A stretch of 61,482 bases of DNA, taken from NCBI GenBank assembly GCA_045806805.1, contig JBJMIQ010000134.1, positions 1-61,482 on the forward strand, in the 5' to 3' direction. This document shows positions 47,773 to 57,013 of this stretch, piece after piece (position 1 is the stretch's first letter; the number at the start of each line of letters is the position of its first letter). Position numbers and translations under genes: made by a program. Source of the stretch: Nocardioides sp. GTDB taxonomy: Bacteria; Actinomycetota; Actinomycetes; Propionibacteriales; Nocardioidaceae. The notes under the pieces were generated by a model. That model did not search any database, had not been told where the DNA came from, and saw only the letters and a list, made by a program, of their open reading frames with translations.

Positions 47773-49014
47773 GTGAGCACTGCCGACGTCGTCCCTCCCG
47801 ACTTCGACTTCACCGATCCCGAGACCTACGAATCTCGGGTGCCCCACGAGGAGTTCAAGGCGCTGCGCCAGAACGCACCCGTCTCCTGGGTCGAGCAACC
47901 GCAGGGGTCGCGTGACGGCATGTCCGAGGAGTCCGGCACCGGCTACTACGCGGTCAGCAAGCACGTCGACGTCGCGGCCGTGTCGAAGAACAGCAAGGAC
48001 TTCTCCAGCATGGAGAACGGCGCGATCATCCGGTTCCAGGAGGGGATGGAGCGCGAGCAGGTGGAGCTGCAGCGGGTGATGCTCATCAACCAGGACCCGC
48101 CCGACCACACCAAGACGCGCCAGATCATCTCCCGCGGCTTCACGCCGCGGGCCATTGGTGCCCTCGACGAGATCATGAAGCAGCGGGCGGAGAAGATCGC
48201 CAGGGAGGCGGTCGCCCGCGGCGAGGGCAACTTCGTCGACGACGTCGCGTGCGAGCTGCCCCTGCAGGCGATTGCCGACTTCATCGGCGTACCGCAGGAG
48301 GACCGGCGCAAGCTCTTCGACTGGTCCAACCAGATGCTGGCCTACGACGACCCCGAGATCGACGTGGACCCCGACATCGCCGCGGCCGAGATCCTCGGTT
48401 ACGCCATGGAGCTCGCCGCGGACCGCCAGGCCAATCCGCGCGAGGACATCGTCACCAAGCTCGTCCACGCCGACGTGGACGGCCACAAGCTCAACGACGA
48501 CGAGTTCGGCTACTTCGTCATCATGCTGACGGTGGCGGGCAACGAGACCACCCGCAACGCGATCACCCACGGGATGAACGCCTTCCTCGACAACCCCGAT
48601 CAGTGGGAGCTCTGGAAGCGCGAGCGGCCCGAGTCGATGGTCGACGAGGTGATCCGCTGGGCGACCCCGGTGAGCTCCTTCCAGCGCACCGCCCTCAACG
48701 ATGTCGAGGTGGGGGGCGTCCAGGTCAGGAAGGGCCAGCGGGTCGGCCTCTTCTACGCCAGCGCCAACTTCGACGAGGACGTCTTCGACGACCCCTACAC
48801 CTTCGACATCACCCGCGACCCCAACCCCCACCTGGCTTTCGGCGGACACGGCGCCCACTACTGCATCGGCGCCAACCTCGCCCGGCTCGAGGTGAAGCTG
48901 ATGTTCAACGCCCTCGCCGACACCGCGCCCGACATCAGCAAGCTGGCCGAGCCCCGCCGGCTCCGGTCGGGCTGGATCAACGGGATCAAGGACCTGCAGG
49001 TCAAGTACGCCTGA
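47773..49014 (+). CDS. cyp125: Steroid C26-monooxygenase cytochrome P450
   Basis: FDFTDP start, VAGNETTRN, DEVIRWATPV, FGGHGAHYCIG heme motif, LRSGWINGIK. Confidence 0.93.
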   Translation: MSTADVVPPDFDFTDPETYESRVPHEEFKALRQNAPVSWVEQPQGSRDGMSEESGTGYYAVSKHVDVAAVSKNSKDFSSMENGAIIRFQEGMEREQVELQRVMLINQDPPDHTKTRQIISRGFTPRAIGALDEIMKQRAEKIAREAVARGEGNFVDDVACELPLQAIADFIGVPQEDRRKLFDWSNQMLAYDDPEIDVDPDIAAAEILGYAMELAADRQANPREDIVTKLVHADVDGHKLNDDEFGYFVIMLTVAGNETTRNAITHGMNAFLDNPDQWELWKRERPESMVDEVIRWATPVSSFQRTALNDVEVGGVQVRKGQRVGLFYASANFDEDVFDDPYTFDITRDPNPHLAFGGHGAHYCIGANLARLEVKLMFNALADTAPDISKLAEPRRLRSGWINGIKDLQVKYA

Positions 49015-49031
49015 GCGCGCCCTGCACAAGG

Positions 49032-49116
49032 TTCCGGGGTTTCGAGGGATTTCGAGACGCTCGCTGACGCTCGCTCCTCAATCCAGGTCGCTACGCTCGC
49101 ACCTCAACCACCGGAG
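49032..49116. repeat. Nested pair of REP-like palindromic repeats
   Basis: Inner GGATTTCGAGACGCTCGCTGACGCTCGCTCCTCAATCC (49047-49084) sits within outer TTCCGGGGTTTCGAG...GCACCTCAACCACCGGAG. Confidence 0.75.
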
Positions 49117-49121
49117 GGTGC

Positions 49122-50039
49122 ATGGAGCTGGTCCTGGGCACGATGTACTTCGGCACGCGCACCGACGAGGCGACTTCGTTCGCGTTGCTCGACCGGTTCG
49201 TCGAGGCCGGCGGACGGACACTCGATACCGCGAACTGCTACGCCTTCTGGGTCTCCGAGACCGGTCACGGCGGTCAGAGCGAGGCGGTGATCGGCCGCTG
49301 GCTCCAGGCGAACCCCGGGCTCCGCGAGGAGCTCGTGATCGCCACCAAGGTCGGGGTCGAGCCCGTGGACTCGGGTGGGATCGAGGGCTTGTCCGCCGAC
49401 GTCATCTCCCGCGAGGCGCAGCGAAGCCGGGAGCGCCTCGGGATCGACACCATCGACGTCTACTGGGCGCACGGCGAGGACCGGAGCGTCGACCTGGCCG
49501 AGACCGTGACCGCGTTCGGCGCGCTCGTCGAGGCAGGCGCCGTACGCCGGCTGGGAGCCTCCAACCACGCGACCTGGCGGGTGGAGCGGGCGCGGGACCT
49601 GGCCCGCGAGCAGGGGCTCGAGCCCTGGACGATGCTGCAGCTGACCGCGTCGTACGTCGACCCCCGCCCGCGGGTCGAGGTGCCCGGCAAGGACCACCGG
49701 TTCGGCTTCGTCACTGACGAGACGGTCGACTACCTGGACCACCATCCCGAGATCGAGCTGTGGGTCTACAGCCCGCTGGTGCAGGGGAGCTTCGATCGGG
49801 CCGACCGGCCGTTCCCCGATGAGTACGACCACCCGGGGACGACAGCGCGGCTGGCGGCTCTCGGACGCGTGGCCGAGCGGCACCGGGTGGCGCCGTCGCA
49901 GGTCGTGCTGGCGTGGATGTCGCGCAAGGCGAAGCCGATCATCGGGGTGAGTAGCCTCGAGCAGCTCGACTCCGCCCTCGGCTCGGCGGACCTGGAGCTC
50001 ACGCAGGCGGATCTGACCGAGCTGGACGAGCCGCGCTGA
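49122..50039 (+). CDS. Aldo/keto reductase
   Basis: LGTMYFG, LDTANCY, IATKVG, GASN, YSPL. Confidence 0.9.
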   Translation: MELVLGTMYFGTRTDEATSFALLDRFVEAGGRTLDTANCYAFWVSETGHGGQSEAVIGRWLQANPGLREELVIATKVGVEPVDSGGIEGLSADVISREAQRSRERLGIDTIDVYWAHGEDRSVDLAETVTAFGALVEAGAVRRLGASNHATWRVERARDLAREQGLEPWTMLQLTASYVDPRPRVEVPGKDHRFGFVTDETVDYLDHHPEIELWVYSPLVQGSFDRADRPFPDEYDHPGTTARLAALGRVAERHRVAPSQVVLAWMSRKAKPIIGVSSLEQLDSALGSADLELTQADLTELDEPR

Positions 50040-50055
50040 GGTTCAGCTGGCCCCG

Positions 50056-51219
50056 TCAGTTGGCTGGGGGCTCGGCCCCGACGACCCACATCGCGAAGAA
50101 CTGCGACCCGCCGCCGTAGGCGTGCCCCAGCGCGCGGCGGGCGCCGTCGACCTGGTGCTCGCCGGCCCGGCCCCGGACCTGCAGCGCGGCCTCGGCGAAG
50201 CGCAGCATGCCGGAGGCGCCGATCGGGTTGGACGACAGCACCCCGCCCGAGCAGTTGACCGGGAGTACGCCGTCGAGGGCGGTGCCGCCCGACTCCGTGA
50301 GCTTCCAGCCCTCTCCCTCGGGCGTGAACCCGAGGTTCTCCAGCCACATCGGCTCGAACCACGAGAACGGCACGTAGATCTCTGCCGCGTCGATCTCCTT
50401 CAACGGGTCGGTGATGCCGGCCTGCTTCCACAGCGCGGCCGCGGCCTCGCGGCCGGCCTGCGGGTTGACCTGGTCACGCTCGGCGGCGGTGGTCGGCTCC
50501 GAGCGCATGACGGTGCCATGGATCCACGCGGGAGAGTCGGCCGACCGGGCGGCGTCCTCGTCGGCGATGACCAGGGCGCAGGCACCGTCGGAGGACGGGC
50601 AGGTCTCGTCGTACCGGATCGGGTCCCACAGCATCTGTGACTCCAGGACCGACTCGACGGTGGTGTCGGGGTTGCGTAGGTGTGCGTAAGGGTTCTTCAG
50701 GGCGTTCTGCCGGTCCTTGGCGGCCACGATCGCGCCGATGTGGGTGGGGGCCCCGGAGCGGCGGATGTAGGAACGGACGTGGGGCGCGAAGTAGCCGCCG
50801 GCGCCGGCGTGGACCGGCATGTTGAACGGCACCGGTACCGACAGGGCCCACATCGCGTTGGACTCCGACTGTTTCTCGAACGCCAGGGTCAGCACCCGCC
50901 GGTGCACGCCCGCCTGGACCAGCGACGAAGCGACGATGGCGGTGGAGCCACCGACCGAGCCGGCGGTGTGCACCCGCAGCAACGGCTTCCCGGCGGCGCC
51001 CAGGGCCTCGGCCAGGAACAGTTCGGGCATCATCACGCCCTCGAACAGGTCCGGTGCCTTGCCGACCACGATGGCGTCGATGTCGTCGAAGCCCAGGCCG
51101 GCGTCGGCGAGGGCCCGGTCCACTGCCTCGCGGCAGAGTCCGGCCATGGACACGTCCTCGCGCTTGGCCCGGTGGTGGGTCTGTCCCACGCCGATGACCG
51201 CGGCCGGCTGCTTGCTCAT
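50056..51219 (-). CDS. ltp3: Thiolase-fold aldolase Ltp3
   Basis: VGKAPDLFEG, HTAGSVGGS, EIYVPFSWFE, GGVLSSNPIGASG, HAYGGGSQF. Confidence 0.9.
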   Translation of the reverse strand: MSKQPAAVIGVGQTHHRAKREDVSMAGLCREAVDRALADAGLGFDDIDAIVVGKAPDLFEGVMMPELFLAEALGAAGKPLLRVHTAGSVGGSTAIVASSLVQAGVHRRVLTLAFEKQSESNAMWALSVPVPFNMPVHAGAGGYFAPHVRSYIRRSGAPTHIGAIVAAKDRQNALKNPYAHLRNPDTTVESVLESQMLWDPIRYDETCPSSDGACALVIADEDAARSADSPAWIHGTVMRSEPTTAAERDQVNPQAGREAAAALWKQAGITDPLKEIDAAEIYVPFSWFEPMWLENLGFTPEGEGWKLTESGGTALDGVLPVNCSGGVLSSNPIGASGMLRFAEAALQVRGRAGEHQVDGARRALGHAYGGGSQFFAMWVVGAEPPAN

Positions 51220-52268
51220 TTCGAGGCCCCCATCACGCACACGAGGTTCTGCTGCAGGGCCGGACCGCTGGTCGCGTGCCCGAGCACCCGGTCGGCGGAG
51301 CCGTCCCAGATCCTCCGGGCGGCCTCCCCGACCCGGTTCAGGCCGCTGGTGAACATCGGGTTGCTGGTGAGAGCGCCACCCGAGGGGTTGATCCGTACGT
51401 CGTCGCCCAGCCCGAGCTCGCGGCGGAGGATCAGCTCCTGGTGCGAGAAGGGTGCGTGCAGCTCGGCCACCTCGACCCCGGCCATGCCGACCGCTTCGCC
51501 GGCACGCGCCGCCGAAGGCGAGCGGGTCAGGTCGCGGCCGCCGAGCTGGAGGGCGTCGGCGCTGTGGACGAAGCCGGAGATCCAGGCGGGCCGTTCGACG
51601 GCGTCGTGGGCCCGCGGGTCGGCGGCGAGCACCATCGCGGCGGCCCCGTCGGTGACCGGTGCGCAGTCATGCTTGCGCAGCGGGTCGGCGTACATGGGAC
51701 GCTCCAGCAGCTCGTCGACCGACGAGCCGCCCTTGCGGATCGCGTAGTCGTTCTTCTCGGCGTCGGTCAGTGAGCGGTTGGCCACCTCGGCCATGGCCCG
51801 CTCGTCCCAAAGCCCGGAGTCGATGCCGGTCCGGGCCTGCAGCCCGGCCAGGGACACGGTGTCTGGCCACAGCGGTGTCATCGTGTAGGGATCGAGCTGG
51901 AGCGCGAGCGTCCGGCGGAGCACGCCGGCCGACGACTTGCCGAAGCCGTAGACCAGAGCTGTGTCGACCTCGCCGGTCTGGATCTTGATCCACGCCTCGT
52001 AGAGCGCCCACGCAGCGTCCATCTCGACGTGCGACTCGTTGACCGGCGGCAGCACGCCGATCGCGTCGACGGCGGACACGAAGGAGAACGACCGGCCGGC
52101 CAGATAGTCCGACGAGCCCGAGCACCAGAAGCCGATGTCCTTGCGCGTGAAGCCGGTCTGCTCGTAGCACTCGGCCAGGAGCGGGACCAGCAGCTCCACG
52201 CAGGTGGGCGAGCCGTCGAACTCTGCCATCTGTCGCTGGGCGAAGCCCACGACCGCAACGTCTCTCAC
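51216..52268 (-). CDS. ltp4: Thiolase-fold protein Ltp4
   Basis: VRDVAVVGFA, CSGSSDYLAGR, ESHVEMDAAWALYEAW, HATSGPALQQNLV. Confidence 0.9.
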   Translation of the reverse strand: MRDVAVVGFAQRQMAEFDGSPTCVELLVPLLAECYEQTGFTRKDIGFWCSGSSDYLAGRSFSFVSAVDAIGVLPPVNESHVEMDAAWALYEAWIKIQTGEVDTALVYGFGKSSAGVLRRTLALQLDPYTMTPLWPDTVSLAGLQARTGIDSGLWDERAMAEVANRSLTDAEKNDYAIRKGGSSVDELLERPMYADPLRKHDCAPVTDGAAAMVLAADPRAHDAVERPAWISGFVHSADALQLGGRDLTRSPSAARAGEAVGMAGVEVAELHAPFSHQELILRRELGLGDDVRINPSGGALTSNPMFTSGLNRVGEAARRIWDGSADRVLGHATSGPALQQNLVCVMGASK

Positions 52269-52278
52269 AGGTTGTCCC

Positions 52279-53268
52279 TCACAGATGGTGCCGGTAGGTC
52301 TCGAAGTCCGCGTCCGGCTCACCGGTCGGTCGGAAGTGGCTGATGTTCTCGATCGTGGTGCCCCACTCCTCACGGGGCTTCCACACCGCCTCGACCCGCA
52401 TCCCCATCCGGACCTCCTCGGCCGGGATGTCGAGGATCAGGTGCAGGAACGCGATGTCGGCGCCGTCGAGGAGGACGTACGCCGAGACGTACGGCGGGGT
52501 GATCTTCTGGCCCAGGAAGGGCACGTTGACGATGCAGAAGGTCGTCACGGTTCCCGTGTGGCCGAGCTCGACCTCGTCCGTGGTGGCGACGCCGTCGACC
52601 GGGCAGGCGCTGCGCGGGGGCACGTAGACCTTGTGGCAGGCCGGGCAGCGCTGGCCGACGATCCGCCCTTCCGCGAGACCGCGGTAGAACGCCGACTCCT
52701 CGGGGGAGGCGGCGTAGAGGTAGTCGAGCTCTACGGGCGTGATGATGCCGGTGACCGGGTCGGCCGCGGGGGCGCCCTGCGCATCTTCCGGGGTTTCGAG
52801 GCTCGTCGCTGACGCTCCTCGCACCTCAACCTCCGGGGTGGGCTCAAGGCAGGCGATGTCGGTGATCGCGCCGACCCGTTCCTCCGCCCAGCGGACCCGG
52901 ACCCGCATCCCGGTCTCGACGTCGTCAGGGGAGGCGACGTCGAGGGCGTGGAGCAGGGTGCCGTCGGCGCCGTCGAGCTTCACCTGAACCCAGGCGAACG
53001 GTCGGTCCAGGGGTTGGCCCGCCACGGGCTCCGGGCACCAGGACCAGGACGTGACGACGCCGGTGGGGGAGAGCTGGACGAAGTCGTTGACCTGCTCGTG
53101 GGTGACGGGGTCGTACTCGGGAGGCGGCACGAGCACCTGTCCGGACGCGGTACGCCCGCCGACGACGACGCCGTCGCGGAGCGCGCTGAAGAATCGGCCC
53201 AGGACCGGGCCGGTGGACCTGGTGTAGTCGAAGGCGACCGTGACCGGTGCTTGCAATGTCCGCGCCAT
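52279..53268 (-). CDS. Tandem DUF35 Zn-ribbon/OB-fold protein (Rv3521-like)
   Basis: FDYTRSTGPVLGRF, VPPPEYDP, CPAC...VPPR, GMRVEAVWKP; upstream of ltp4. Confidence 0.88.
   Translation of the reverse strand: MARTLQAPVTVAFDYTRSTGPVLGRFFSALRDGVVVGGRTASGQVLVPPPEYDPVTHEQVNDFVQLSPTGVVTSWSWCPEPVAGQPLDRPFAWVQVKLDGADGTLLHALDVASPDDVETGMRVRVRWAEERVGAITDIACLEPTPEVEVRGASATSLETPEDAQGAPAADPVTGIITPVELDYLYAASPEESAFYRGLAEGRIVGQRCPACHKVYVPPRSACPVDGVATTDEVELGHTGTVTTFCIVNVPFLGQKITPPYVSAYVLLDGADIAFLHLILDIPAEEVRMGMRVEAVWKPREEWGTTIENISHFRPTGEPDADFETYRHHL
52786..52838. repeat. REP-like palindromic repeat in the inter-domain linker of the Rv3521-like gene
   Basis: TTCCGGGGTTTCGAGGCTCGTCGCTGACGCTCCTCGCACCTCAACCTCCGGGG. 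Confidence 0.72.
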
Positions 53269-53278
53269 GTCTCGAAAC

Positions 53279-53292
53279 TAGAACACGTTCTA
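53279..53292. promoter_or_regulatory. KstR operator
   Basis: TAGAACACGTTCTA fits the consensus exactly, with perfect inverted arms. Confidence 0.9.
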
Positions 53293-53314
53293 TCCGTGTG
53301 GCAAGGTGGTGCAC

Positions 53315-54358
53315 GTGAAACTGGGACTGCAGCTGGGCTACTGGGGCGCCGGCCCTCCCGCCGACCATGGCGAGCTGGTTGCCGCTGCCGAGGAGTCCGG
53401 GTTCGACGCGATCTTCACCGCCGAGGCATGGGGGTCGGATGCGTTCACACCACTGGCCTGGTGGGGTCGCGAGACCGAGCGCCTGCGGCTCGGCACCTCG
53501 ATCGTGCAGATGAGTGGGCGCTCGCCGACCTCGATCGCGATGCACGCCCTCACCCTCGACCACCTGAGCCAGGGGCGCGTGGTCCTGGGGATGGGCGTGA
53601 GCGGGCCACAGGTGGTGGAGGGGTGGTACGGCCAGCCGTTCTCCAAGCCGCTGGCCCGGACCCGTGAGGTCGTCGACATCATCCGGCAGGTGCTCGCGCG
53701 CAAGGCCCCGGTGACCAACGCGGGGCCGCACTACCCGCTCCCGTACGCCGGCGAGGGCTCCGTCGGTCTCGGCAAGCCCCTCAAGCCGATCGTCCACCCC
53801 CTGCGCTCCGACATCCCGATCTGGCTCGGGGCCGAAGGCCCCAAGAACGTGGCCCAGACCGCGGAGATCGCCGATGGCTGGATCCCGATCTTCTACACGC
53901 CCAGGTCGGCCGACATGTACGGCCCGTGGCTCGAGGAGGGCTTCGCCCGTGAGGGGGCGCGTCGCGGCCGGGGGGACTTCGAGATCGCCGCCACCTGCCA
54001 CGTGCAGATCGTCAGGGACGCCGAGGAGAAGCAGGCCGTCATCGACGGGATGAAGCCGGTCGTCGCCCTCTACATGGGCGGCATGGGCGCCAAGGAACAG
54101 AACTTCCACAAGCAGGTCTTCGACCGGATGGGCTACGAGGCGATCACCGGCAAGGTCCAGGAGCTCTACCTCGAAGGCCGCAAGGACGAGGCGACCGCAC
54201 TCATCCCCGACGAGCTCGTCGACGACATGCACATCATCGGCACCCAGGCCGAGGTCCTGGAGACCGTGGCCGCCTGGGAGGAGACCGGCGTGACCACGCT
54301 GCTGCTCAGCTGCGGGTCGGCGGACGAGGTCCGCCGGATCGCCGAGGTCCTGGCCTGA
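53315..54358 (+). CDS. LLM-class F420-dependent oxidoreductase (Rv3520c-like)
   Basis: KLGLQLGYWG, AEAWGSDA, GVSGPQVVEGWYG, GAEGPKNV. Confidence 0.9.
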   Translation: MKLGLQLGYWGAGPPADHGELVAAAEESGFDAIFTAEAWGSDAFTPLAWWGRETERLRLGTSIVQMSGRSPTSIAMHALTLDHLSQGRVVLGMGVSGPQVVEGWYGQPFSKPLARTREVVDIIRQVLARKAPVTNAGPHYPLPYAGEGSVGLGKPLKPIVHPLRSDIPIWLGAEGPKNVAQTAEIADGWIPIFYTPRSADMYGPWLEEGFAREGARRGRGDFEIAATCHVQIVRDAEEKQAVIDGMKPVVALYMGGMGAKEQNFHKQVFDRMGYEAITGKVQELYLEGRKDEATALIPDELVDDMHIIGTQAEVLETVAAWEETGVTTLLLSCGSADEVRRIAEVLA

Positions 54359-54378
54359 GGGCGATGACGGCCGCTACA

Positions 54379-55089
54379 TCAGGGGCGGGGCTTGACGACC
54401 CAGCTGACCCGACGGCCGCTGGTGTACTCGGGCACGCGGTCCGCCCCGAGGTCGTAGGTCTGCCAGGGGGCTCGGCGAACCACGTCGAAGCCGTAGCCGT
54501 CGAGCATGTACTCCACTGCGACCGCTGTGGGCCTGCCCGTCAGCATGATCCCGTCGTACGTGTGCTCCTTTCCGGTGTCACCGGCGGCTGACTGCTTCCC
54601 GGTGTCCTCGAGGCTCAGCTGAAGCCGCGGGCGCTCGCCCAAGATGACCGAGGTGTCGAGCAGGATGTGCTCTGGCCTCAGGCGCCGCCACCCGTTGAAC
54701 AGTTCGGCGTAGCGCAGCGTGTGATAGAGAAATCCGAGGCAGAGCACCACGTCGACCTCGACCTCCATGGCGCCCGGGTCGCGCAGGAGCTCGAACAGAT
54801 CGCCGGAGAGGAACCTGTACGTCGACGGGTCCACGTCGTAGTGCCGGAAGGTCTCCACGGCGCTCTCAGCCAGCTCCGGTCGGAACTCGACACCCGTCAC
54901 ATGGCGCGCCCCAGCCTTGAGGGCCGCGAAGCTCCATCGACCGTCGTGGCTGGCCAGGTCCAGGACCCTCTTCCCGGCCAGCAGGTCCGCGTTGTCCTCG
55001 ATGATGAACTTGTGGCGCCAGCCGAGGCGAACAGGGCCGGACGCCACCTCGCTCGTCTCCAGGAACAAGGGGTAGTCATCGAAGAACAT
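54379..55089 (-). CDS. Class I SAM-dependent methyltransferase
   Basis: VLDLASHDG, VTGVEFR, DVVLCLGFLYH. Confidence 0.82.
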   Translation of the reverse strand: MFFDDYPLFLETSEVASGPVRLGWRHKFIIEDNADLLAGKRVLDLASHDGRWSFAALKAGARHVTGVEFRPELAESAVETFRHYDVDPSTYRFLSGDLFELLRDPGAMEVEVDVVLCLGFLYHTLRYAELFNGWRRLRPEHILLDTSVILGERPRLQLSLEDTGKQSAAGDTGKEHTYDGIMLTGRPTAVAVEYMLDGYGFDVVRRAPWQTYDLGADRVPEYTSGRRVSWVVKPRP

Positions 55090-55191
55090 GAGCTCTCCAG
55101 ATTGGACGGCCTTCGGTGCTGGACGACCCGCCGGCGGTCGCCGTGACGGAACATACCTGACCGGAAGGTTGTCGATTCGCTGCGCGGCCGA

Positions 55192-55533
55192 TCACGCTCG
55201 CAGGACCTTCTCCATGGGCCTTCCCCTGGCGAGCTCGTCGACCAGCTTGTCCAGATAGCGGATCTTCTGCATCAATGGGTCATCAACCTCCTCGACGCGC
55301 ACTCCGCACACCGCGCCGGTGATCAGAGAGGCATCCGGGTTGAGTCGTGCCTCGGCGAAGAAGTCCTCGAACGTCGTGTCCTCGGCGAGGTGGCGACGCA
55401 GTGCGGCCTCGTCGAAGCCGGTCAGCCACCGGATCACCTCGTCCAGTTCCTCGCGGGTACGCCCCTTCTTCTCCACTTTGTTCACGTAGTGCGGATAGAC
55501 CGAGGCGACGCTGGTGGTGAAGATCCTGTGCAC
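55192..55533 (-). CDS. DUF2200 family protein
   Basis: [17 protein letters not shown]...IRWLTG...[14 protein letters not shown]; TAGGCT-N7-GTG start. Confidence 0.88.
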   Translation of the reverse strand: MHRIFTTSVASVYPHYVNKVEKKGRTREELDEVIRWLTGFDEAALRRHLAEDTTFEDFFAEARLNPDASLITGAVCGVRVEEVDDPLMQKIRYLDKLVDELARGRPMEKVLRA

Positions 55534-55630
55534 CTTTGCCAGCCTAGTGCGGACACTCATCCTCCACCCGTGTGGAGGATTCTGGGTCGGGTACGAGCCC
55601 TGCCCGAGACGACGTCGTGGAGGAACTGCA

Positions 55631-56212
55631 GTGAATCTCATCAGCAAGGCCACCAGCGCGATCATCCACCCGGTGCGGACGGCGACTTCAGTGGCGGGCC
55701 AGACCATGGGCGTCGCGGCTGCCGGTGCCCGGACGACGATGCGCATCATCGACCGCGCCGCGGGACAGGTCCGCGGGGACAGCTCCGATGTGTGGCCGAC
55801 CACGGACCCAGCAGAAACACCGGACGCGACGCAGGACGCCCCCGAGACGAGCGGGGCGCCAGCGGCCACGTTGGTCGAGCCGGCAGCCAGGAAGGCGCCG
55901 GCGAAGAAGGCGCCGGCCAGGAAGACATCGGCCAAGAAGGCGACCGCCAGGAAGGCTGCTCCCAAGAAGGCACCGTCCGCACGGGCCGCGACGGTCGCTC
56001 CGGCGCTGTCAGTGACGGAGGAAGAAGTGATCGAAGACGCCGTGCGCACGCCGTCCGGCATCCCCGCGGCGGATGAGGGCTACAACCCCGACACCGCCGA
56101 GACCGACCTCCACCAGCCCGGGACCGAGCCGCTGATGGACCCGGCCACGGTGAAGTCGATCAAGAGCGAGGCCGAGGTGATGCAGCGGGCCGCCGATCCG
56201 GACAAGGGCTAG
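55631..56212 (+). CDS. Hypothetical protein with histone H1-like PAKK repeats
   Basis: GGAGG RBS; [30 protein letters not shown]; acidic C-terminus. Confidence 0.7.
   Translation: MNLISKATSAIIHPVRTATSVAGQTMGVAAAGARTTMRIIDRAAGQVRGDSSDVWPTTDPAETPDATQDAPETSGAPAATLVEPAARKAPAKKAPARKTSAKKATARKAAPKKAPSARAATVAPALSVTEEEVIEDAVRTPSGIPAADEGYNPDTAETDLHQPGTEPLMDPATVKSIKSEAEVMQRAADPDKG
55886..55975 (+). repeat. Six 15-nt coding tandem repeats
   Basis: Units such as GCCAGGAAGGCGCCG / GCGAAGAAGGCGCCG / GCCAAGAAGGCGACC. Confidence 0.8.
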
Positions 56213-56222
56213 CCTCCACGAT

Positions 56223-56249
56223 CGATGAGTTTCGCGCGGGTCCCGGGTC
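56223..56249 (+). promoter_or_regulatory. Possible SigG-type ECF promoter
   Basis: CGATGA-N18-GTC, followed by the 9-bp inverted repeat CGGACCGCT-CC-AGCGGTCCG (56258-56277). Confidence 0.4.
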
Positions 56250-56292
56250 CATGCTCTCGGACCGCTCCAGCGGTCCGGAATCGGGAGGCATC

Positions 56293-56964
56293 GTGAAACT
56301 TCTGCTCACTTCCGCGGGCGTCAAGAACGCCAGCATCCAGGGCGCGCTGGTCGAGCTCCTGGGCAAGCCGATCGCCGACTCGACCGCGCTGTGCATACCC
56401 ACCGCACAGTACGGCCATCCGATGGTCGGCCCCGGGGTCAGGGCCTGGCAGTTCATCAGCGGGAACTCCGGGCTCCCGATGGTCGACCTGGGCTGGAAGT
56501 CGGTCGGTGTGCTGGAGCTCACCGCGTTGCCCAGCATCGACGAGGAGCGGTGGGTGCCCATGGTCCGCGAGACCGACGTGCTGCTGGTCGCGGGCGGCGA
56601 TGCGCTGTACCTGCACTACTGGATGCAGCAGTCCGGTCTGGCGGACCTGCTTCCGTCGCTGATCGGGACGGTCTGGGTCGGGCTGAGCGCCGGGAGCATG
56701 GTGATGACCCCCAGGATCGGCGAGGACTTCGTCCAGTGGAGACCGCCGACCGGTGACGACACCACCTTGGGTCTCGTCGATTTCTCGATCTTTCCGCACC
56801 TTGCCCCGGACGGCATGCCGGGCAACTCCATGGCCGAGGCGGAGCAATGGGTGACCGGCATCTCGGGTCCGGCGTACGCGATGGACGACGAGACAGCCAT
56901 CAAGGTCGTCGATGGCACTGTCGAAGTCGTTTCAGAAGGACACTGGAGGCACTTTCCCTCGTAG
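56293..56964 (+). CDS. Peptidase E (S51)/class I glutamine amidotransferase-like protein
   Basis: KLLLTSAG, IPTA, AGGDALYL, GLSAGS, IFPH; GGGAGG RBS. Confidence 0.85.
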   Translation: MKLLLTSAGVKNASIQGALVELLGKPIADSTALCIPTAQYGHPMVGPGVRAWQFISGNSGLPMVDLGWKSVGVLELTALPSIDEERWVPMVRETDVLLVAGGDALYLHYWMQQSGLADLLPSLIGTVWVGLSAGSMVMTPRIGEDFVQWRPPTGDDTTLGLVDFSIFPHLAPDGMPGNSMAEAEQWVTGISGPAYAMDDETAIKVVDGTVEVVSEGHWRHFPS

Positions 56965-56989
56965 GGCGGTTGACGACATTGCCCGGAAC

Positions 56990-57003
56990 TGGAACACGTT
57001 CTA
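56990..57003. promoter_or_regulatory. KstR operator
   Basis: TGGAACACGTTCTA fits the consensus exactly; overlaps TAGTCT, which ends 6 nt before the ATG. Confidence 0.9.
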
Positions 57004-57013
57004 GTCTCTGCGC

